Virus record (IMG/VR): IMGVR_UViG_3300035505_000178 | DNA from: a virus | Lineage: Duplodnaviria > Caudoviricetes | Reading direction: 5' to 3' (one strand) | DNA length: 64,000 nt | Shown here: positions 36,487 through 46,663 of the stretch, in pieces | Position numbering within the stretch: position 1 is the stretch's first letter | Layout of the letters: each line of letters begins with the position of its first letter | Position numbers and translations under genes: made by a program | Notes under the pieces: generated by a model | The model's input: only the letters and a program-made list of their open reading frames with translations | The model's database searches: none | Told to the model about the DNA's origin: nothing

Positions 36487-37124
36487 TAGTAGTACCAGAT
36501 GTTCATGGAAGAAGTTTCTGGAAAGAGATTCCAGATGATGAGGAAGTAGTATTTCTTGGAGATTATCTTGATCCATATCCACAAGAATCTATATCAAAAG
36601 AAGAGGCTCTTAAAGGATTCAAAGAAATAATTGAATTAAAGAAAGAGAATCCCGATAGAATAACCTTGCTTTTAGGTAATCATGATTATCATTATCTTCG
36701 TGATTTAAAAACAGGGTCTAGAATAGATCGGGATCACTACAAAGATATTCAAGACTTATTCTTGTATAATAAGAACTTGTTTCAGTTTTATAAAATTGTA
36801 GACAATGTCTTATTTTCACATGCAGGAGTTAGTTCTGAATGGTTGCGTGATTTATCTTTAGAATATATAACTGTGGATAACTGTCTTTTTAATGACAAAC
36901 TTAATGCAATGATGTGTCAAGTTGGTCCAGAAAGATGGGGATATAATAGATATGGAAGTATTATTTGGAGAGATGTACGTGAAGAATCTACATTGTTACC
37001 TGAATATTTCCATGTATTCGGACATACTCAACTTGTCAAAGATCCAATTATAACAGATAAATATGCCTGCGTAGATTGCAGAGAAATAGCAGCATTGAAG
37101 AATCTAGATAAAATTAAAAAATAA
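36483..37124 (+). CDS. Metallophosphoesterase
   Basis: DVHG, LGDYLD, GNHD, HAG, GHT motifs. Confidence 0.92.
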   Translation: MIVVPDVHGRSFWKEIPDDEEVVFLGDYLDPYPQESISKEEALKGFKEIIELKKENPDRITLLLGNHDYHYLRDLKTGSRIDRDHYKDIQDLFLYNKNLFQFYKIVDNVLFSHAGVSSEWLRDLSLEYITVDNCLFNDKLNAMMCQVGPERWGYNRYGSIIWRDVREESTLLPEYFHVFGHTQLVKDPIITDKYACVDCREIAALKNLDKIKK

Positions 37125-37139
37125 TAATTTTAAACAACC

Positions 37140-37466
37140 ATGAATAAGTTTCAATCTCTAATTAGTACAGGAAATGAAGTTTTAGCAAGAAGAGCAGGTA
37201 ATCTCTCAACAACAGCAGAGATTGCTCAGCAAACTCTAGTTAATAATCTTAAAGTTGAGAAGGCACAGCTTGAAGCTAAGCTTATGAATCTTACAGATTT
37301 AGCTCCTAATAGTACAGTTTCGCTTCGTCCTGGTACTGAGAATTGGGATGCTACTAATTGGGCAGAGGAATTACAATCTGTAAAGGAACAACTTTATAGT
37401 GTTTCAATTAAACTTAATCTTGCAGAAGAAACTTATAAGGAATATTTTACTGAGTTGGAGAAATGA
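37140..37466 (+). CDS. Coiled-coil hypothetical protein
   Basis: ORF track. Confidence 0.75.
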   Translation: MNKFQSLISTGNEVLARRAGNLSTTAEIAQQTLVNNLKVEKAQLEAKLMNLTDLAPNSTVSLRPGTENWDATNWAEELQSVKEQLYSVSIKLNLAEETYKEYFTELEK

Positions 37467-37765
37467 TAGCAAGTATTAAACTTAGTGAAGTTAGTGGAGC
37501 TTTGTTTGACGAAAAGAAAGCTACTCTATATGTTTTCATGAAAAGTGGAGGATTTATCGCAATTGATGAGTCAGCTATGAGAAATACAATGAGAATATAT
37601 AAATGTGAAAGAATACAATCTTTTTTATATAGTTATCTAACTGATCCTGATTCAGAAAGTGATTCTACAATTGAATTTAGCAATTACGAGGAAAAATCTT
37701 CTAATCCTCCAACTAATGAGATAAAAAAGAAACCTGTTAAATCTGAAAAATTATTTGGATTATAA
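37463..37765 (+). CDS. Hypothetical protein
   Basis: ORF track. Confidence 0.65.
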   Translation: MIASIKLSEVSGALFDEKKATLYVFMKSGGFIAIDESAMRNTMRIYKCERIQSFLYSYLTDPDSESDSTIEFSNYEEKSSNPPTNEIKKKPVKSEKLFGL

Positions 37766-38052
37766 TGGAATCTATAAAAACTAAAGAATGGATATTTGTA
37801 CCATTCCCTTCAACTCAAGAACAATTTGATAATTTTAGGTCTTTGGGTAAAATTCAATGGCTTGATGGAAATGATATGTACAGATTTTTAGGTGAAGATA
37901 AATGGAATGAATCAATTGAACAATATGTTTATGTAGATTTTCTAACAATATATTTTGTGGAAAATGGAGACTATGTTTATTTCATGCCATTGGCTGATAC
38001 CGACGTAAAGAATTTCTTTTGTGGATTTTTAAATAAAGGTGCTTTAATATGA
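37765..38052 (+). CDS. Hypothetical protein
   Basis: ORF track. Confidence 0.65.
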   Translation: MESIKTKEWIFVPFPSTQEQFDNFRSLGKIQWLDGNDMYRFLGEDKWNESIEQYVYVDFLTIYFVENGDYVYFMPLADTDVKNFFCGFLNKGALI

Positions 38053-38255
38053 AAAGAATTAGTGGAGAACTAACTTTAAGTGGTTATCTAAAATGGGGTC
38101 ATATTGTAGCTTACATTGAAGACGATGAGGACTTTGAAAGTTTATCAGAAGATGAACAAAAAGAATGGCTCATGGATCATGGAACTATAATGGTTGATGA
38201 CTACGAAATAGAAGATTTTGGAGAAATTGATGATATCACAGTAGAGGATGATTAA
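38049..38255 (+). CDS. Acidic hypothetical protein
   Basis: ORF track. Confidence 0.65.
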   Translation: MKRISGELTLSGYLKWGHIVAYIEDDEDFESLSEDEQKEWLMDHGTIMVDDYEIEDFGEIDDITVEDD

Positions 38256-38703
38256 ATTTGTTGAAACTGCGGTTACTTTTAGTGAAGTGCCTGATGAGAT
38301 AACTCTTTGTATAAATATTAGTAACTGTCCTTATAAATGTAAAGGATGTCATTCTTCTTATTTAGCAGAAGACATTGGTACAGTTCTTACTAAAGATATA
38401 CTTTATGATTTAATTGATAAGAATAAAGGAATTTCTTGTGTAAGTTTTATGGGTGGTAACTATGAAGAAATCAAGAATTTTGCTTTAGACATTAGAACTA
38501 AATATAAAGATAATATTAAAATTGCTTGGTATACAGGTCAATCAGAATTACCTTCTCGATTGTATTTCTTCGATTATATTAAAATCGGACCTTATATGGA
38601 AGAGTTTGGACCTCTTGATAATCCTAATACCAATCAACGTTTTTATAAGATAGATAATGATAAAGCAATAGATATTACTAATAAATTTTGGAAAAAGATA
38701 TGA
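38248..38703 (+). CDS. nrdG: Anaerobic RNR activase (radical SAM)
   Basis: CPYKCKGC, FMGG, WYTG, KIGPY, TNQR motifs. Confidence 0.94.
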   Translation: MIKFVETAVTFSEVPDEITLCINISNCPYKCKGCHSSYLAEDIGTVLTKDILYDLIDKNKGISCVSFMGGNYEEIKNFALDIRTKYKDNIKIAWYTGQSELPSRLYFFDYIKIGPYMEEFGPLDNPNTNQRFYKIDNDKAIDITNKFWKKI

Positions 38704-38996
38704 TTAAAATTAATTTAAATTTCAATAAAATGAAGACACTCACTGGTTATCTTATGTTGTATGCTGTAATCTTTGTACTTAATATTTTTAAAGTAATTAG
38801 CATTAGTTGGTCTGTAATGGTTTGGGCACTTGCTGCACCATTCCTTCTTTTCGGAATCCTAACTTTTGCTACAATTATGATAGTTGTATTTTATAAAGAT
38901 AAGATTATGACAAATGATATTCTTCAAAGTATAATTACTTCTAAGAAGAATGAGATTGCTCAGCTGGAAGAGCAATTAAACAAATCTCAAGATTAA
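38700..38996 (+). CDS. Membrane protein
   Basis: Two TM segments. Confidence 0.6.
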   Translation: MIKINLNFNKMKTLTGYLMLYAVIFVLNIFKVISISWSVMVWALAAPFLLFGILTFATIMIVVFYKDKIMTNDILQSIITSKKNEIAQLEEQLNKSQD

Positions 38997-39015
38997 TCTA
39001 AAATAATGAAGATAT

Positions 39016-39090
39016 GTCGGAATATACTTTAAGTATCATAGTTAGTTAAAATAAAAATCTAAATATAACTATATTATTGTATATTCCGAC
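39016..39090. repeat. 12-bp perfect inverted repeat
   Basis: GTCGGAATATAC ... GTATATTCCGAC, with inner ATAGTTA/TAACTAT. Confidence 0.75.
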
Positions 39091-39119
39091 TGTGTATATT
39101 AAATTTTACGTAAAAATAA

Positions 39120-39407
39120 ATGCAATTAAAAATAGTTTATAGTAATAATTGTATAGATTTGTTTGAGAAAGTTCAGTTATTAGATGTTCAGCTAGAAGCA
39201 TATAATATTGATATTTACTCAGACCGTAAAAAAGCCTTTAAAATTAAAGGAGGTTATGGAGCAATCCAAAATCCTTTTGCTGTTTTGATTGATGAAAAGC
39301 CTATTAAAGCTTTTTACAATGAAGACAAAAGTTGTACCTTTGAAAACATAAAAAATTACTTAGATGAATATAGCAGAACAAAAATTGAAGATGATAAGGA
39401 ATCTTGA
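39120..39407 (+). CDS. Thioredoxin-fold-like hypothetical protein
   Basis: Size and 'GA.QNPF' pattern; lacks CxxC. Confidence 0.5.
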   Translation: MQLKIVYSNNCIDLFEKVQLLDVQLEAYNIDIYSDRKKAFKIKGGYGAIQNPFAVLIDEKPIKAFYNEDKSCTFENIKNYLDEYSRTKIEDDKES

Positions 39408-39630
39408 TGTTGATAATGATTTCTTACACTCTAAACACGGCAAAATTGAATTTAATGGTAAAGAGTATGTTGCTCTTTGCTTTCAGTCAGGGTTACCTTT
39501 AATCTTACTAGACCTACCTGTTACTATTATTATAGAGCAGATAGACTGGGAAAACAATTTATTCAAAGTAGATAATTCATGGATTAGATTTAAATTTACA
39601 CCTTTATCTTTAATGACATTATGCAAGTAA
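39364..39630 (+). CDS. Hypothetical protein
   Basis: ORF track. Confidence 0.6.
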   Translation: MNIAEQKLKMIRNLDVDNDFLHSKHGKIEFNGKEYVALCFQSGLPLILLDLPVTIIIEQIDWENNLFKVDNSWIRFKFTPLSLMTLCK

Positions 39631-40127
39631 TTAACAAAAGTAACAATCCTCTTCCTAAGTATGAATCAGAGTTTGCAGCAGGTATGGACTTGAGAGCTAG
39701 TTTTAAATATACTACTCCTGAGAATCCAATTAAGCTGTTTGGTGACGGAGAGATCATATTTGCAGGAGATAATCACGAGAAGACTCTTTTGAGACTCGAA
39801 CCAGGAAGTAGAGCAATTGTTCCAACAGATCTTTACATGGCAATTCCTGAAGGATTTTTTGGAGCTTTGTTTCCTAGAAGCGGTCTTTCAATTAAGAGAG
39901 GTCTTGGTCTTACAAATTCTGTAGGAGTAATTGATTCAGATTATAGAGGAAACGTTGGTATTCCTGTAATTAATCATGGTCTTGAAACTCTTTGGATTGA
40001 GGACGGTGAGAGAATTGCACAGTTAATTATTCTTCCTTATGGCAAAATTAATCAGATTGAGGAAGTCACAGAACTTCCTGAAACTGTAAGAGGAGAAGGC
40101 GGATTCAATTCAACTGGAACGAAATGA
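39621..40127 (+). CDS. dut: dUTPase (trimeric)
   Basis: AGMDL, PRSGL, GVIDSDYRG, RIAQL, RGEGGFNSTG motifs. Confidence 0.97.
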   Translation: MQVINKSNNPLPKYESEFAAGMDLRASFKYTTPENPIKLFGDGEIIFAGDNHEKTLLRLEPGSRAIVPTDLYMAIPEGFFGALFPRSGLSIKRGLGLTNSVGVIDSDYRGNVGIPVINHGLETLWIEDGERIAQLIILPYGKINQIEEVTELPETVRGEGGFNSTGTK

Positions 40128-40435
40128 TAAACAAAGACGAATTTCATAATCTAATCGGTCTTTATCAAGACATTGATAAGCAAATTGAAATTTGGAAAAC
40201 TGCAGGAGTGGACATCATAGAATGTCCACTCGTACAGAATTTCTGGAACATTTTTGATTTACTTCTTTATTCTAATTACAATCAAGAACAAGTTGATACT
40301 ATTTATTGGTGGTTGTTAGAAAAAAGCAATGATCCTGATATAAGAATGTGGGTAGATAAAAAAGAATATCCAATAGATACTGTGGATCAATTATTTAATT
40401 TTATAAACGATGTACCTAGTAATAGTAACGGGTGA
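40124..40435 (+). CDS. Hypothetical protein
   Basis: ORF track. Confidence 0.7.
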   Translation: MINKDEFHNLIGLYQDIDKQIEIWKTAGVDIIECPLVQNFWNIFDLLLYSNYNQEQVDTIYWWLLEKSNDPDIRMWVDKKEYPIDTVDQLFNFINDVPSNSNG

Positions 40436-40793
40436 TTTTAACGATGCTGACTATGTAGAATCTCATTATGTTTTAAATGATAAAGAATATGAGAGATTTC
40501 TAGATAGTCTTGATTTGTTTTTAAGAATCACAAAGTTTGCAGCTAGACAAAGTAAAAAATATCATCATCAATCCGATGTAGTAAATCTTCTATATAAAGA
40601 GTTAAGAAGAAATATTCAACAAGAATTACTTTCTAGTTTTACAACTAATGCTAAAGAATTAGCTCTTAATTTCTGGGAAAATTATACTCCTTATTATGAT
40701 GATGGAAAACCTCATACTATTGTAAAGGTAGAGGCTGTAGAATTTAATAATGAAATTAGTACTATATATACACATAAACGTATTGAAATATGA
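40410..40793 (+). CDS. Hypothetical protein (DFNDADY family)
   Basis: Paralog of 4628. Confidence 0.7.
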   Translation: MYLVIVTGDFNDADYVESHYVLNDKEYERFLDSLDLFLRITKFAARQSKKYHHQSDVVNLLYKELRRNIQQELLSSFTTNAKELALNFWENYTPYYDDGKPHTIVKVEAVEFNNEISTIYTHKRIEI

Positions 40794-41152
40794 AAGAATG
40801 GATATATTTGGAAAATGGTATAAATCTTGATGAAATATCATTAGATTATATCATATCTAATTTTAAAGATTATGGTATTGTAGAAGCAGAAGGATCTAAA
40901 CATAATAAAGATCTTGTTGATTATATATTGAAAGTTCTTAAAAATGCTCAGTTCATATTTTATAAGAGAGGTGAACAAGAAGTAGCTAAAGTAATATTTA
41001 GTAAAAAAGAGCATACTGCAGAGTCTGCTTTATATGCATATCTTTATACAAGAGAAAATCTTCTTAAAGAATATAAAAGAGTTGAACTACTTGAGTTCAA
41101 ATCAGATACTATAGATGGTGTTTATTATGGAATGTTTATTGTTGATTTATGA
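40790..41152 (+). CDS. Hypothetical protein
   Basis: ORF track. Confidence 0.65.
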   Translation: MKEWIYLENGINLDEISLDYIISNFKDYGIVEAEGSKHNKDLVDYILKVLKNAQFIFYKRGEQEVAKVIFSKKEHTAESALYAYLYTRENLLKEYKRVELLEFKSDTIDGVYYGMFIVDL

Positions 41153-42369
41153 TTAAATTTTTGTTGGGAAAAGCTTCTACAGGTAAATTCAGATATGCAG
41201 TAGTAGAGTGTGATGAGAAATGGAACGATGACGTTAAAGGATATATAATCCAAAGAAGTTACGGTCAAGTGAAAGGAAAGAATACTTTATCTCCTGCAAT
41301 TATTGTAGATAAAACCAAACAAAAAAGAAATTGGAAAGAACAATATACTCTTCAATTTAATTCTGAAGTTAAGAAATTTCTTGACAAGGGCTATGTTGAA
41401 GTTGAAAAACATCCAAATGAACTTACTCATGATGAAATGGACCATGCGTTTGGAGATGTCAAGACAAATCAATATGGAGTAATTAAACCTCAGTTAGCTA
41501 AACAAGCTGATAAAGTTACTAATCGAAAGATCTTTGAAACTACATGGATGATTAGTAGAAAACTTGATGGAGTTAAATCTCTATTTTATCTTGGAGAGGA
41601 TGGAGTAATCCATACAGCTTCAAGAGGAGGTGGTGATTACGATTGTTCAACTAATCACATTACTACATTCCAACCATTAGTAGATTTTTTCATGTCACAT
41701 CCTAAAGTAGTATTAGACGGCGAATTATTCAAACGTAACAAAAGTCTCCAGCAGATTTCTGGAGCAGCACGAATGGAGAAGAATGCTTATGATTGTGATT
41801 GGTTACAATATTGGATTTATGATTGTTATTTTCTAGATAATCCAGAATTGGATGCAGCTAGTAGACAGAATTTCCTTATAAAAGAACTTACTGTAGAGAG
41901 AACTATTCCTTATTATGTATCAACAGAAATGGACGAAGTTGATTCTCCTGTATTTCTTTTAATGCAAGGTATTGTCGAAGGCTGGGATGAAATGAAAAAA
42001 TTACACGATGTGTATGTTCAAGAAGGATTTGAAGGAGCAGTAATCAAAGATATGGATAAACCTTATAAACCAGGTTCTAGAGGTAATCAGCTTATAAAAA
42101 TTAAGCAATATAAGTCTTCTGAATTTAAAGTTATAGGTTATGAACTTGGACTTAGAGGTTCAGAAGATATGACATTTATTCTTGAAACTGAGAATGGAGA
42201 TACATTTAAAGCTATGCCAGTTGGTGATAGAGAAACTAAATCTGAATACGTTAGAAACTTTAAAGAGAAGTATAACGGACATATGGCAGAATGTACCTAC
42301 TTTAATCTCTCGGATGATGGAATACCTACACAACCAAAATTAAGAATATTCAGATTTGATTTAGAGTAA
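41149..42369 (+). CDS. ATP-dependent DNA ligase
   Basis: KLDGV, LDGEL, EGFEGAVIK, KIK motifs, C-terminal OB domain. Confidence 0.95.
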   Translation: MIKFLLGKASTGKFRYAVVECDEKWNDDVKGYIIQRSYGQVKGKNTLSPAIIVDKTKQKRNWKEQYTLQFNSEVKKFLDKGYVEVEKHPNELTHDEMDHAFGDVKTNQYGVIKPQLAKQADKVTNRKIFETTWMISRKLDGVKSLFYLGEDGVIHTASRGGGDYDCSTNHITTFQPLVDFFMSHPKVVLDGELFKRNKSLQQISGAARMEKNAYDCDWLQYWIYDCYFLDNPELDAASRQNFLIKELTVERTIPYYVSTEMDEVDSPVFLLMQGIVEGWDEMKKLHDVYVQEGFEGAVIKDMDKPYKPGSRGNQLIKIKQYKSSEFKVIGYELGLRGSEDMTFILETENGDTFKAMPVGDRETKSEYVRNFKEKYNGHMAECTYFNLSDDGIPTQPKLRIFRFDLE

Positions 42370-43118
42370 TGAATTTAAGTGATAGAATGAAAGATTACTA
42401 CGAAAACAGAGCTAAGACTAGTCTGCTTCGTAGAATGCCAGTCATTATAAGATTGGATGGAAAAGCATTTCATACATTTACTAAAGGATTTGTAAGACCT
42501 TTTGATAAAATTTTATCAGAAGCAATGCAATTAACAATGAAGTATTTATGTGAACAAATACAAGGATGTGTTCTGGGATATACACAATCTGATGAAATTA
42601 CATTAGTACTTGTTGATTATAAAACTTTAAAATCTGAAATGTGGTTTGATGGAGAAGTACAAAAAATCTGTAGTACTTCTGCTTCACTCGCGACAATGTA
42701 CTTTAATAAAATATTTAGAAAACTTGTTAACTCTAGTGATGCGAATGTTCATCAAAAATACATATATCAAGCAGCATTAGATAGAGGAGCGATGTTTGAT
42801 TCTAGATGTTTTAATATACCTAAAGAAGAAGTTACTAATTGCTTTTTGTGGCGACAAAGAGATGCAATTAGAAATAGTATTCAAATGGTAGGACAAACGT
42901 ATTTCCATCATTATCAATTAGAAGGTAAATCTTGTGAACAGATTGTTAATGATTTAATTGTTTATAATGATATTAAATGGGAAGATTTTCCTATTATGTA
43001 TCAAAGGGGATCGTGTTGTATTAAAGAAGATGATGGTTGGAAGATTGATAAAGAAATTCCAATATTTGTACAAGATGGACGACAATACATTGAAAAATTA
43101 ATAAACTATGAAGTTTAA
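42369..43118 (+). CDS. tRNA(His) guanylyltransferase Thg1-like protein
   Basis: IRLDGKAFH, QSDEI, FDSR, WRQ.DA.RNS motifs. Confidence 0.95.
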   Translation: MNLSDRMKDYYENRAKTSLLRRMPVIIRLDGKAFHTFTKGFVRPFDKILSEAMQLTMKYLCEQIQGCVLGYTQSDEITLVLVDYKTLKSEMWFDGEVQKICSTSASLATMYFNKIFRKLVNSSDANVHQKYIYQAALDRGAMFDSRCFNIPKEEVTNCFLWRQRDAIRNSIQMVGQTYFHHYQLEGKSCEQIVNDLIVYNDIKWEDFPIMYQRGSCCIKEDDGWKIDKEIPIFVQDGRQYIEKLINYEV

Positions 43119-43653
43119 AGGAACTATTGTAATTACTGACCCTTGTTATATTATTCCTGATGATAATAAAGAAGATTGGGATAAATGTGATTATGGAGAA
43201 AACATGGAAGCTCTAGGAATATATAATTACTTTGTTCAAAGTACTATATATGGAGACTGGGGATGTGCAACTTATAATTGTGGTGATAATAATCCTACGT
43301 TAATGGTAGATATCCTTGCCAATATTGTTAACTTCCTGTATGAAAAGTATAATGGATATTCAGAAGACGAAGAGAATAAGTGGAACGAACTTACAAAAGC
43401 TTTCGGAATTGATAAATTTGAGATTATTGGTAAGTTTGCAGCTGACTCTGGACAAGTAGGAGTATTTTTGCTTTCAGAAATATTGGAATATAATCCAGAT
43501 TTTAATAAATTCATAGAGGAAGTTCCTTGGTGTGTTACAGTAATTGAGAATTTTAATGGGGATGTAAATTATCATATAGATGATGATAATCACGCTCACA
43601 TTGTTGGAACAGGTAAGGATTATAACTTTTATACTCGACAGACTAATGGATGA
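43108..43653 (+). CDS. Hypothetical protein (TDPCY...YGDW...ADSG)
   Basis: ORF track; conserved-looking motifs. Confidence 0.75.
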   Translation: MKFKGTIVITDPCYIIPDDNKEDWDKCDYGENMEALGIYNYFVQSTIYGDWGCATYNCGDNNPTLMVDILANIVNFLYEKYNGYSEDEENKWNELTKAFGIDKFEIIGKFAADSGQVGVFLLSEILEYNPDFNKFIEEVPWCVTVIENFNGDVNYHIDDDNHAHIVGTGKDYNFYTRQTNG

Positions 43654-43766
43654 TTTTGAAAATTATATGGATAATTACGGTAATTACGTTGATTATTACG
43701 ATTATTGTATAGACCATAATTTGGATCCAGAAGATGAATTGTCTAAAATTGATTATATGGAATCTA

Positions 43767-43976
43767 ATGGATAAATACATTTGGTTGTTCAAACATCTTA
43801 TAAAGAATGGTCCACAACCAACTAAAAAAGTATATTGGATATATTTACCTAAAAAAGATGCTGATATGCTACGAGAAAAATTTGAAGTAGTAAGTCATAG
43901 AACTCTTCCTAAAGGAGCTAAAGTTGATGTAATATCAGCACTTGATAATTATTTTGTATTAAATGACTCGAATTAA
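43767..43976 (+). CDS. Hypothetical protein
   Basis: ATG 43767 within the track ORF. Confidence 0.55.
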   Translation: MDKYIWLFKHLIKNGPQPTKKVYWIYLPKKDADMLREKFEVVSHRTLPKGAKVDVISALDNYFVLNDSN

Positions 43977-44113
43977 TTTGAACATTAGTAATGTGATTAA
44001 TGGTCACGTAGATATAGACGAAATTGATTTCTTAGCTTTTGCTGATAAATCAAAGTCTTATGAACAAAATATAGTAGATTACATTTTAAAATTTTATCCT
44101 GATAAAATAATCA

Positions 44114-44401
44114 ATGACAATGCCTACTCGATTTAAACTCGGATTATTTACTATTACTGTTAGATTCGTTGAAAAGCTTGATGATAATAGTTTTGGAAGT
44201 TTTAGTGAAGCTGATAATGTTATAACAATTGCTAAAACAGTTGAATGCGAAGATAGAGTTATTACTCTTGCTCAAGATCAACTGGATAATACATTTTGGC
44301 ATGAAGTATTTCACGCATTTCAATTCTATTATAACAATGAATTTATAGAATCTCAGGCACAAGTGTATGCTAACTTTATGTGTCAATTAATGAATGAGTG
44401 A
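44114..44401 (+). CDS. Small zincin-like metallopeptidase
   Basis: TFWHEVFHA (HExxH) plus downstream E. Confidence 0.75.
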   Translation: MTMPTRFKLGLFTITVRFVEKLDDNSFGSFSEADNVITIAKTVECEDRVITLAQDQLDNTFWHEVFHAFQFYYNNEFIESQAQVYANFMCQLMNE

Positions 44402-44819
44402 TAATTTACTAGTAATGTGGTGGAAAAGTAGAAAATACTTTAAACCACCACATATACATATAAACATTTCCTGGCTTCCTCTAACTAAATTTTGTTGGTG
44501 TATATTCGATGGATGGAAATACAAATACGGATACTATCAATGGGTAGAGGATCCAGTAATATACTTAAAATTTTGTGATAAGTTTAAAATCAAGATTCGA
44601 TTTAATTGGATCAAAGATGATGATGACTATCAACAAATTTTAAGAAGTAGATCAACATGGGAAGCGATAATACAATATTATTCTGGAAAGCCTATTGAGA
44701 AAGTAGTATTAACTGGACAATGGGAAGGAGCAGAAGGTTTATATTGTACTCTATATGAAAATTTAACTAAGAAAGGAAAACAAATTTATGACGAAAGAAA
44801 TTCTAGACAGAATGGTTGA
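44394..44819 (+). CDS. Trp-rich hypothetical protein (related to 52382/52977)
   Basis: WWK.RKYFK.P, WK.KY, WE motifs. Confidence 0.7.
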   Translation: MSDNLLVMWWKSRKYFKPPHIHINISWLPLTKFCWCIFDGWKYKYGYYQWVEDPVIYLKFCDKFKIKIRFNWIKDDDDYQQILRSRSTWEAIIQYYSGKPIEKVVLTGQWEGAEGLYCTLYENLTKKGKQIYDERNSRQNG

Positions 44820-45003
44820 GGAGTTTACAAATCTTAAAGAGAAGATTGAGAAACTCCGTTCATTTTTGTTAGATGATGAAAAGACTAAAGATGTTGACAA
44901 TTTAAATAAAGATCTGTTAATTGGACAGTTGAAGGCTATGGAAGCATATCTTTCAATCTTGTCAATTCGAATTGGAATTAACTCTTCTAAAGTAAGTGAG
45001 TAA
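44788..45003 (+). CDS. crAss001_48-like small protein
   Basis: RM.EE...L...I.KL..F...LL..QL.AM..Y..IL..RI. Confidence 0.75.
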   Translation: MTKEILDRMVEEFTNLKEKIEKLRSFLLDDEKTKDVDNLNKDLLIGQLKAMEAYLSILSIRIGINSSKVSE

Positions 45004-45844
45004 ACAAATAATCTTTACAGATACTTCAGATTCTGTACTTGCTAAATATCTTAAAGATGTTTCTAAATATAAACTTATTAGTGCTGAAGAAACTAATAGT
45101 TTAATTAAGAAAGCTCAACAAGGAGATGAACAAGCAAAAAATAAAGTTGTAAATTCAAATCTTAGATTCTGTATTACTATAGCCAAGAAATATCAAAATA
45201 GAGGAATACCTCTAATGGATTTGATCTCTAGTGCAAACGAAGGATTAATAAAGGCTGTATATAAGTACGATGAAGAAAAAGGTTCGAGCTTTTTATCATA
45301 TTCTTTATGGTGGATTAAGCAATGTATTTATAACAATATTTATAGTTACGGAAAGAGTATAAGATTACCAGTATCTCAAAGATTATTAGTCATTAAAATT
45401 ACAGATGCTACATCTAAATTTGTAAGTGAACATCAAAGAAATCCTAGTCCTAAAGAGATCTCTGAAATAACAAATATTCCTGAAAAAGATATTGACTTCT
45501 TAGCTCAATATTCTAATAAGGAAGTATCAGTAGATGATTATATCGGAGGTGACGAAGAAAATAATCAAGTATGTGATGTTATTCCAGATAAAAGTGTTTC
45601 TCTTGAAGATGATTTAGATTCTCAATTTAAAACTAAAGGAATATTAGATATTCTGGATAAGTTAGATATTAGAGAAAGGGATGTACTTTGTATGACTTTT
45701 GGAATAGGAATGGATCCTGTTGATCCTAAATTAATATGTGAAATGTATGGTTTAGGAGGAGAAAGAATCAGACAAATTAAAGAGAAAGCATTGGGAAAAC
45801 TAAGGAAGCATTATGCTTCTAATATAAAATCTTTATTGTGTTAA
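44996..45844 (+). CDS. Sigma-70 family RNA polymerase sigma factor
   Basis: NLRF...AKKYQNRG, DLI...N.GL..AV.KYD, WWIKQ, IRLP, ERIRQI.EKAL.KL. Confidence 0.95.
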   Translation: MSKQIIFTDTSDSVLAKYLKDVSKYKLISAEETNSLIKKAQQGDEQAKNKVVNSNLRFCITIAKKYQNRGIPLMDLISSANEGLIKAVYKYDEEKGSSFLSYSLWWIKQCIYNNIYSYGKSIRLPVSQRLLVIKITDATSKFVSEHQRNPSPKEISEITNIPEKDIDFLAQYSNKEVSVDDYIGGDEENNQVCDVIPDKSVSLEDDLDSQFKTKGILDILDKLDIRERDVLCMTFGIGMDPVDPKLICEMYGLGGERIRQIKEKALGKLRKHYASNIKSLLC

Positions 45845-46170
45845 ATCAAGATTTATTTGAAGATCCTAAAGATGTAACGATTGCTAGATTAAAAACAGCA
45901 ATCAATGCGTTTAAAAAGTATGACGAAAAACGTAAGAAATATTATCAATCACTTGCTATAAAAGTAGGTGAGTTAGAGTCATACGTCGAAGAAATGTCAG
46001 ATACTCAAAAAATTCATAAACATTGTATGAATCAGAGAGTTCAACTCCATAATCTTCAAGAAAAGGTAGATAAATTAACTAATCAGCTTGATGAATTGAA
46101 TAAGAAATATCTTGCTGTTGTAGATGAAAATAAAAACCTTATAGCTAAAATCAATGAGCAGAACGTATAA
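45838..46170 (+). CDS. Coiled-coil hypothetical protein
   Basis: ORF track. Confidence 0.65.
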   Translation: MLNQDLFEDPKDVTIARLKTAINAFKKYDEKRKKYYQSLAIKVGELESYVEEMSDTQKIHKHCMNQRVQLHNLQEKVDKLTNQLDELNKKYLAVVDENKNLIAKINEQNV

Positions 46171-46378
46171 TGAACATCATCCTAGCTCTCATTCTAAAAA
46201 GAATAGAGTTCCTGTTCCATATCTTGAGGATGGAGTACCAAGAGGTAAACGTAAGATGAAACCTTATGGTGTAAAATCCAGTGACGAGAAATATTATAAG
46301 AAATGGGGAGAAATAAAAGGAGATGTCATAAATAAAAGTCTTGCCAGACGATGGGATGACGATGAAGATTATTATTAA
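46154..46378 (+). CDS. Basic hypothetical protein
   Basis: ORF track. Confidence 0.6.
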   Translation: MSRTYNEHHPSSHSKKNRVPVPYLEDGVPRGKRKMKPYGVKSSDEKYYKKWGEIKGDVINKSLARRWDDDEDYY

Positions 46379-46384
46379 CAATAT

Positions 46385-46412
46385 AAGTCCTCGTAGCAAT
46401 ACGGGGACTTTT
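46385..46412 (+). terminator. Intrinsic terminator
   Basis: AAGTCCTCGTA-GCAA-TACGGGGACTT-TT. Confidence 0.7.
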
Positions 46413-46426
46413 AATTATGAATTTTG

Positions 46427-46663
46427 ATGAAAGTAAAACTAGTAAAGGATGTAAAGGTTACTTGTTGGACAAGAGAGTGGGTAACAGTTGAGGCAAATAG
46501 TGTCGAAGAGGCTAAACAAAAAGCTCTTAAAGATGAAAACTGTGATTCTACAGATTTTGAAGTATTATATGATACTATAGAACCAACAGGTGATCCTATT
46601 GAAATTTATCATCAGAAAGAACAAATAAAATTCAATCAAGATGACGAAGACACTGACGATTAA
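46427..46663 (+). CDS. Hypothetical protein (VEANSVEEA motif)
   Basis: ORF track. Confidence 0.65.
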   Translation: MKVKLVKDVKVTCWTREWVTVEANSVEEAKQKALKDENCDSTDFEVLYDTIEPTGDPIEIYHQKEQIKFNQDDEDTDD

